A DNA stretch of 64,000 bases from Rhabdothermincola salaria. Its GTDB lineage: Bacteria > Actinomycetota > Acidimicrobiia > Acidimicrobiales > Acidimicrobilacustridaceae. The notes beneath the pieces are model-generated. The model was not told where the DNA came from. It ran no database searches and worked only from the letters and a program-made list of their open reading frames with translations. Positions 60,123 through 64,000 of this stretch are shown here, piece after piece (within the stretch, counting starts at the first letter, position 1; the number at the start of each line of letters is the position of its first letter). The position numbers and the translations under genes are program-made. The stretch is taken from the NCBI RefSeq assembly GCF_021246445.1, contig NZ_JAJQXW010000001.1, forward strand, positions 496,001 to 560,000, in the 5' to 3' direction.

Positions 60123-61201
60123 GATCCCAGCGCGGCGCGCAGCTCGTCGAGGTAGCCGTGCCCGTGGCGCTGGTCGGGTTCGAGGTGGTTGCCCTCGGCC
60201 CATTCGTTCCAGGACTTCACGAACAGCAGGCGCTGCTCGGCGGGGAGCCCGGCGATGGCGTCGAGGTGGCCGAGGGCGGCGTCGACGTGGGTGCGGAACT
60301 TGGCCGGGGTGGAGCCGTGGGCGACCACGCCGCGGCGCCCGGAGCGGGGGGTGTTGTCCCAGTTGGGGTACACGCAGGGCAGCGCCGGGTGCTCGACGGT
60401 GGAGGCGGGGTGGGCGACGGGCTCGGTGGCGTAGGGGTAGATCTCGGGCAGGCCCAGCTTGCGCAGCACCCGCATGCGACGCCGGGCCCACGGCGACGTG
60501 TCGAGGGGGAGGCGCATGGCGCAGGTGGCATCGAAGCCGTCGGCGGCGGCGCGGCGGTAGGAGGGCCCGAGGCCGACGAGGTCGGCGACCTCGGCCACCA
60601 GGTAGAGGCCGCCGAGGTCGGCGTCGTGGGCCATGGCCTGCCAGCGCTCGACGAAGGCGGCGGCGTCGGGCAGGTGCTCGGGGCGGAACACGTAGAACAG
60701 CGGACGGCCGTCGACGCGCACGTAGCGGGGATCACGGAAGGCGTCGAGCAGGTGGTCGAAGTGGGCCCGCTCGTCGTCGGCGCCGGGGTAGGACTGCTCG
60801 ATGAGCACCCGTTCGGGGGCGCCGTGCCACACGCCGGACCAGCTCTGGTTGGCCCAGGCCAGGGCGAAGCCGAAGTCGGGTCGGCCGCTGGCCAGCACCT
60901 CGGTGAAGGGGCGCTCCAGGATGCGGCGGCCGCCGAACCAGTAGTGCCAGTAGACGAAGGCCTCGAGGCCGGCGGCGCGGGCCATCTCGGCCTGGGCGGC
61001 GCGGGTCTCGGGTACCCGCAGGTCGTAGAAGCCGAGGTCGGCGGGCAGGTGGGGTTGGTGGTGGCCGGGGTAGCGGGGGCGGGCCTTGGCCGTGTTGGTC
61101 CACTCGGTGAACCCGGCGCCCCACCACTCGTCGTTCTCGGGTACGGGGTGGTACTGGGGCAGGTAGAAGGCCAGGGCCCTCGCTGCCGGGGCGTCGCTCA
61201 C
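60119..61201 (-). CDS. WbsX / GH99-like protein
   Basis: AFYLPQYHP.PENDEWWG.GFTEWTN, DLGFYDLR, WANQSW, WDNTPR, WNEWAEGNHLEPD. Confidence 0.9.
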   Translation of the reverse strand: MSDAPAARALAFYLPQYHPVPENDEWWGAGFTEWTNTAKARPRYPGHHQPHLPADLGFYDLRVPETRAAQAEMARAAGLEAFVYWHYWFGGRRILERPFTEVLASGRPDFGFALAWANQSWSGVWHGAPERVLIEQSYPGADDERAHFDHLLDAFRDPRYVRVDGRPLFYVFRPEHLPDAAAFVERWQAMAHDADLGGLYLVAEVADLVGLGPSYRRAAADGFDATCAMRLPLDTSPWARRRMRVLRKLGLPEIYPYATEPVAHPASTVEHPALPCVYPNWDNTPRSGRRGVVAHGSTPAKFRTHVDAALGHLDAIAGLPAEQRLLFVKSWNEWAEGNHLEPDQRHGHGYLDELRAALGS

Positions 61202-62499
61202 GCCCGTTCCGATCGCTCGGCGGCTGCGTCGCGGTCCCTCGCCGCAGTGTCAACGGCCCCGCCGCCCTGGACCGGCGGGCCGTTCTCCAGCTGGCGGTAG
61301 GAGAAGTCGGCCAACACCTGCCCGGTGATGGCGTCGGTGCCGGCGGGGTGGGGGTAGGGCAGCAGCTCGGGCACCTCGAACGAGCACACGTTCTCGACGA
61401 GGTCGAAGCGGTTGTAGGGGATGCCCACCTCGAGGCTGACGTGGTAGGTGCCCGGTACCAGCCAGGGGGTGGCGATGGTGAGCTCGGCGGTGAGGTGGCC
61501 GTCGACCTCGAACCAGTCGCCGGTGTGGCGTGAGTCGCAGACCACGACGGCTTCGCCGCGGCGGTTGCGCACCACGACCTGCACGTACACCCGGTGGCGG
61601 TCGTCGCCCTTGGCGCGCAGCGAGAAGCGCACCCGCTTGGGGGCGGCGGTGGTGGTGGGCTCGGAGACGACGGCCACGGACGTGACGGCCACGGGGGTGC
61701 GGGCCCGGGCCCGGGTGGTGGGGATCTCGCCGGAGTGGGTGTCGGCGCCGGAGGTGTCGAGGTAGTGGGCGATGGCGTCGTCGACGGGGCCGAGGTAGTC
61801 GCGCCGGCCCTCGACGAGGACCATGGCCGAGGTGCACAGGCGGGCGACGGAGTCGAGCTGGTGGCTGACGAAGAGCACCGTGCGCCCGTCGGCGGCGACG
61901 TCGTGCATCTTGCCCAGGCACTTGGCCTGGAACTCCTGGTCGCCGACGGCGAGGACCTCGTCGACGAGGAGGATCTCGGTCTGGAGGTGGGCGGCCACGG
62001 CGAAGGCCAGGCGCACGTACATGCCGCTGGAGTAGCGCTTGACGGGGGTGTCGAGGAAGCGTTCGATGCCGGCGAAGTCGACGATGGCGTCGAACTGACG
62101 GTCGATCTCGGTGCGGCGCATGCCGAGGATGGCGCCGTTGAGATAGATGTTCTCGCGCCCGGTGAGCTCGGGGTGAAAGCCGGTGCCGACCTCCAGCAGG
62201 CTGCCGATGCGGCCCCACAGGTCGATGCGCCCGGCGGTGGGCCCGGTGATGCGGGTGAGCAGCTTGAGCAGGGTGGACTTGCCGGCACCGTTGCGGCCGA
62301 TGACGCCCATGACCTCGCCGCGGGGCACGTCGAGGCTGATGTCGCGCAGGGCCCAGAACTCCTCGGTCTGGCTGCGGCGCAGGGGGTGGCGCAGGCGGTC
62401 GAGGGCGACCTGGGCCAGGGTGATGTGGTCGTTGTGGTGGTGGCGGATGGTGTAGGCCTTGGACAGGCCCTCGACGCGGATGGCGAGGTCAGATGACAT
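61198..62499 (-). CDS. wzt: Polysaccharide ABC exporter ATP-binding subunit with C-terminal Wzt-C domain
   Basis: FWALRDI, GRNGAGKS, LLEVGTGFHPELTGREN, YSSGM, DEVLAVGD. Confidence 0.93.
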   Translation of the reverse strand: MSSDLAIRVEGLSKAYTIRHHHNDHITLAQVALDRLRHPLRRSQTEEFWALRDISLDVPRGEVMGVIGRNGAGKSTLLKLLTRITGPTAGRIDLWGRIGSLLEVGTGFHPELTGRENIYLNGAILGMRRTEIDRQFDAIVDFAGIERFLDTPVKRYSSGMYVRLAFAVAAHLQTEILLVDEVLAVGDQEFQAKCLGKMHDVAADGRTVLFVSHQLDSVARLCTSAMVLVEGRRDYLGPVDDAIAHYLDTSGADTHSGEIPTTRARARTPVAVTSVAVVSEPTTTAAPKRVRFSLRAKGDDRHRVYVQVVVRNRRGEAVVVCDSRHTGDWFEVDGHLTAELTIATPWLVPGTYHVSLEVGIPYNRFDLVENVCSFEVPELLPYPHPAGTDAITGQVLADFSYRQLENGPPVQGGGAVDTAARDRDAAAERSERA

Positions 62500-63334
62500 C
62501 GGCGAAGGCCCGTTCCATCCGGCTGAAGATGGCGATACCGGCGGCGAACACGGCGAGGGCGGCCCCGGCGGACCAGGCGGCGAGCACCAGCGAGGGTCGG
62601 GGGGTGCCGATGAGTGCCCAGCGCATGCCTTCGAGCAGGCCGGTGAGGGGGTTGAGCTCGAAGAAGATGCGCGAGCCCTCGGGGACGCTGGCCAGCGTGT
62701 AGGCGACGGGGCTGGCGAAGAGCAGGAACTGCACGGCCACGGGGAGGATGTACTGCACGTCGCGGTAGCGCACCATGAGGGCGCCGGCGGCCAGGCCGAC
62801 GCCGAGGGCCAGGGCCAGCACGAGCAGGAACCACAGCGGCAGGGTGAGCACGCCGAGGCCGGGGTGCACGCCGGTGGCGACGAGCAGCACGACGAGCAGC
62901 CCGAGCGAGACGGCCACGTCGACGAGCGTGGACAACATGGTGGACAGCGGCAGCATCACCCGGGGGAAGTACACCTTGGACACGAGCTGGGCGTTGCCGA
63001 GCAGCGACGAGCTGGTGCGGGTGGTGACCTGGCTGAAGGTGGTCCAGGTGACCATGCCGGCGAGGGTGAACACGAAGTAGGGGATGCCGGCGGGGGCCTC
63101 GAGGTCGGCCACGCCGCCGAAGACGAACGACAGCACGCCGGCGCCGAGGAGGGGCACGAGGATCACCCAGACGGCCCCGAGCACGGTCTGGCGGTAGCGC
63201 AGGGTGATGTCGCGGGCGGCGAGGCGCACCAGCAGCTCGCGGAACTCCCACAGCTCGCGGGGACCGGGGGGCAGCCACGAGCGCTTGGGCCGGATGGTGA
63301 GCAGCGGCTTGGGGAGTGGAGTGGGGTCGGTCAC
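62489..63334 (-). CDS. wzm: Polysaccharide ABC exporter permease
   Basis: RELL..LAARDITLRYRQTVLG, KVYFPR, YRDV, PVAY, LNPL, FADVI. Confidence 0.92.
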   Translation of the reverse strand: MTDPTPLPKPLLTIRPKRSWLPPGPRELWEFRELLVRLAARDITLRYRQTVLGAVWVILVPLLGAGVLSFVFGGVADLEAPAGIPYFVFTLAGMVTWTTFSQVTTRTSSSLLGNAQLVSKVYFPRVMLPLSTMLSTLVDVAVSLGLLVVLLVATGVHPGLGVLTLPLWFLLVLALALGVGLAAGALMVRYRDVQYILPVAVQFLLFASPVAYTLASVPEGSRIFFELNPLTGLLEGMRWALIGTPRPSLVLAAWSAGAALAVFAAGIAIFSRMERAFADVI

Positions 63335-64000
63335 GTGAGGGACGACGGTTCGGCGGCGAACGTCGCCGCCGGGCCGTCGGTCCGGGTGGGGTCGGCGTCG
63401 CCGGTGTTCGCGGGGTCGGTGAGGTCGACCACGTCGGGTGCCTCGTCGGCCCGGGCCCTCATCTGCCGCCACACGACGTGAGGGGTGCGGGCCAGGATCT
63501 GCAGGTCGAGGGCGAGGGACCACTGCTCGACGTAGCGCAGGTCGAGCTCGGTGTACTTGCCGAAGTCGGCGTCGTTGCGTCCGTCGAGCTGCCACAGCCC
63601 GGTGATGCCCTGGGGCATCTCGACCCGGCGGTGGAGCTGGGCGGGGAACTGGGCGTCCTCGGCGGGGAGGGCCGGGCGGGGCCCGACCAGGCTCATGTCG
63701 CCGGCGATGACGTTGAGCAGCTGGGGCAGCTCGTCGAGGCTGGAGTGGCGCAGCCAGCGCCCGATGCGGGTGACCCTGGGGTCGTCGGCCATCTTGAACA
63801 GGGGGCCGAGGCGTTCGTTGCGGTCGAGCAGGGCGGGCTGGTGGTGCTCGGCGCCGCACACCATGGTGCGGAACTTCAACATGGTGAACAGCCGGCCGTC
63901 CTGGCCCACCCGCACCTGCCGGAACAGCACCGGGCGTCCGGAGCTGGCCAGGATGGCCACGGCGATGGCGGCCATGAGGGGCGACAGGACGACGAGCATC
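63331..64000 (-). CDS. Priming sugar transferase (polyprenyl glycosylphosphotransferase), 5' end outside the window
   Basis: FRQVRVG, KFRTM, DPRVTRIGRWLR.SSLDELPQL, GDMSLVGPRP, GITGLWQ. Confidence 0.92.
   Translation of the reverse strand, partial: MLVVLSPLMAAIAVAILASSGRPVLFRQVRVGQDGRLFTMLKFRTMVCGAEHHQPALLDRNERLGPLFKMADDPRVTRIGRWLRHSSLDELPQLLNVIAGDMSLVGPRPALPAEDAQFPAQLHRRVEMPQGITGLWQLDGRNDADFGKYTELDLRYVEQWSLALDLQILARTPHVVWRQMRARADEAPDVVDLTDPANTGDADPTRTDGPAATFAAEPSSLT

Overview
High-GC actinobacterial chromosome segment; the gene repertoire suggests Acidimicrobiia, which is an inference. In order: a BldD-like regulator and hemW; a pseudokinase-LysM pair; a J-domain protein and a VOC protein; tRNA-Val(CAC) followed by a membrane/stress block (glutaredoxin-DsbD-like, GAP, DUF389, P-type ATPase) ending in a truncated FABP/nitrobindin gene; two GGDEF-EAL genes (one frameshifted), a Tat-exported DyP peroxidase and an ABC-F ATPase; a two-gene AdoMetDC-like/GNAT-like operon facing a membrane GGDEF-EAL gene; a SigB/F general-stress and glycogen/trehalose cluster; a tandem TetR, an AbiEi-DUF559 endonuclease gene, an acyl-CoA dehydrogenase, acetolactate decarboxylase and DUF6351; and a large surface-glycan locus (LPXTG protein, DUF4012, many glycosyltransferases, sulfotransferase, WbsX-like, Wzm/Wzt, priming transferase). 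The most notable observations are: (1) at least 11 intergenic 49-50 nt hairpin repeats in two co-varying subfamilies, often GTAG-tagged and found as 61-62 nt tandem dimers, three copies of which bracket the DUF559 gene as direct repeats; (2) a candidate amine-acylation signal module next to a c-di-GMP enzyme; (3) a possible BldD/c-di-GMP circuit with candidate BldD boxes; (4) a DUF4012 (LCP-like)/LPXTG pair that may anchor glycan to protein. All family calls come from recognising motifs by eye; no database searches were run.
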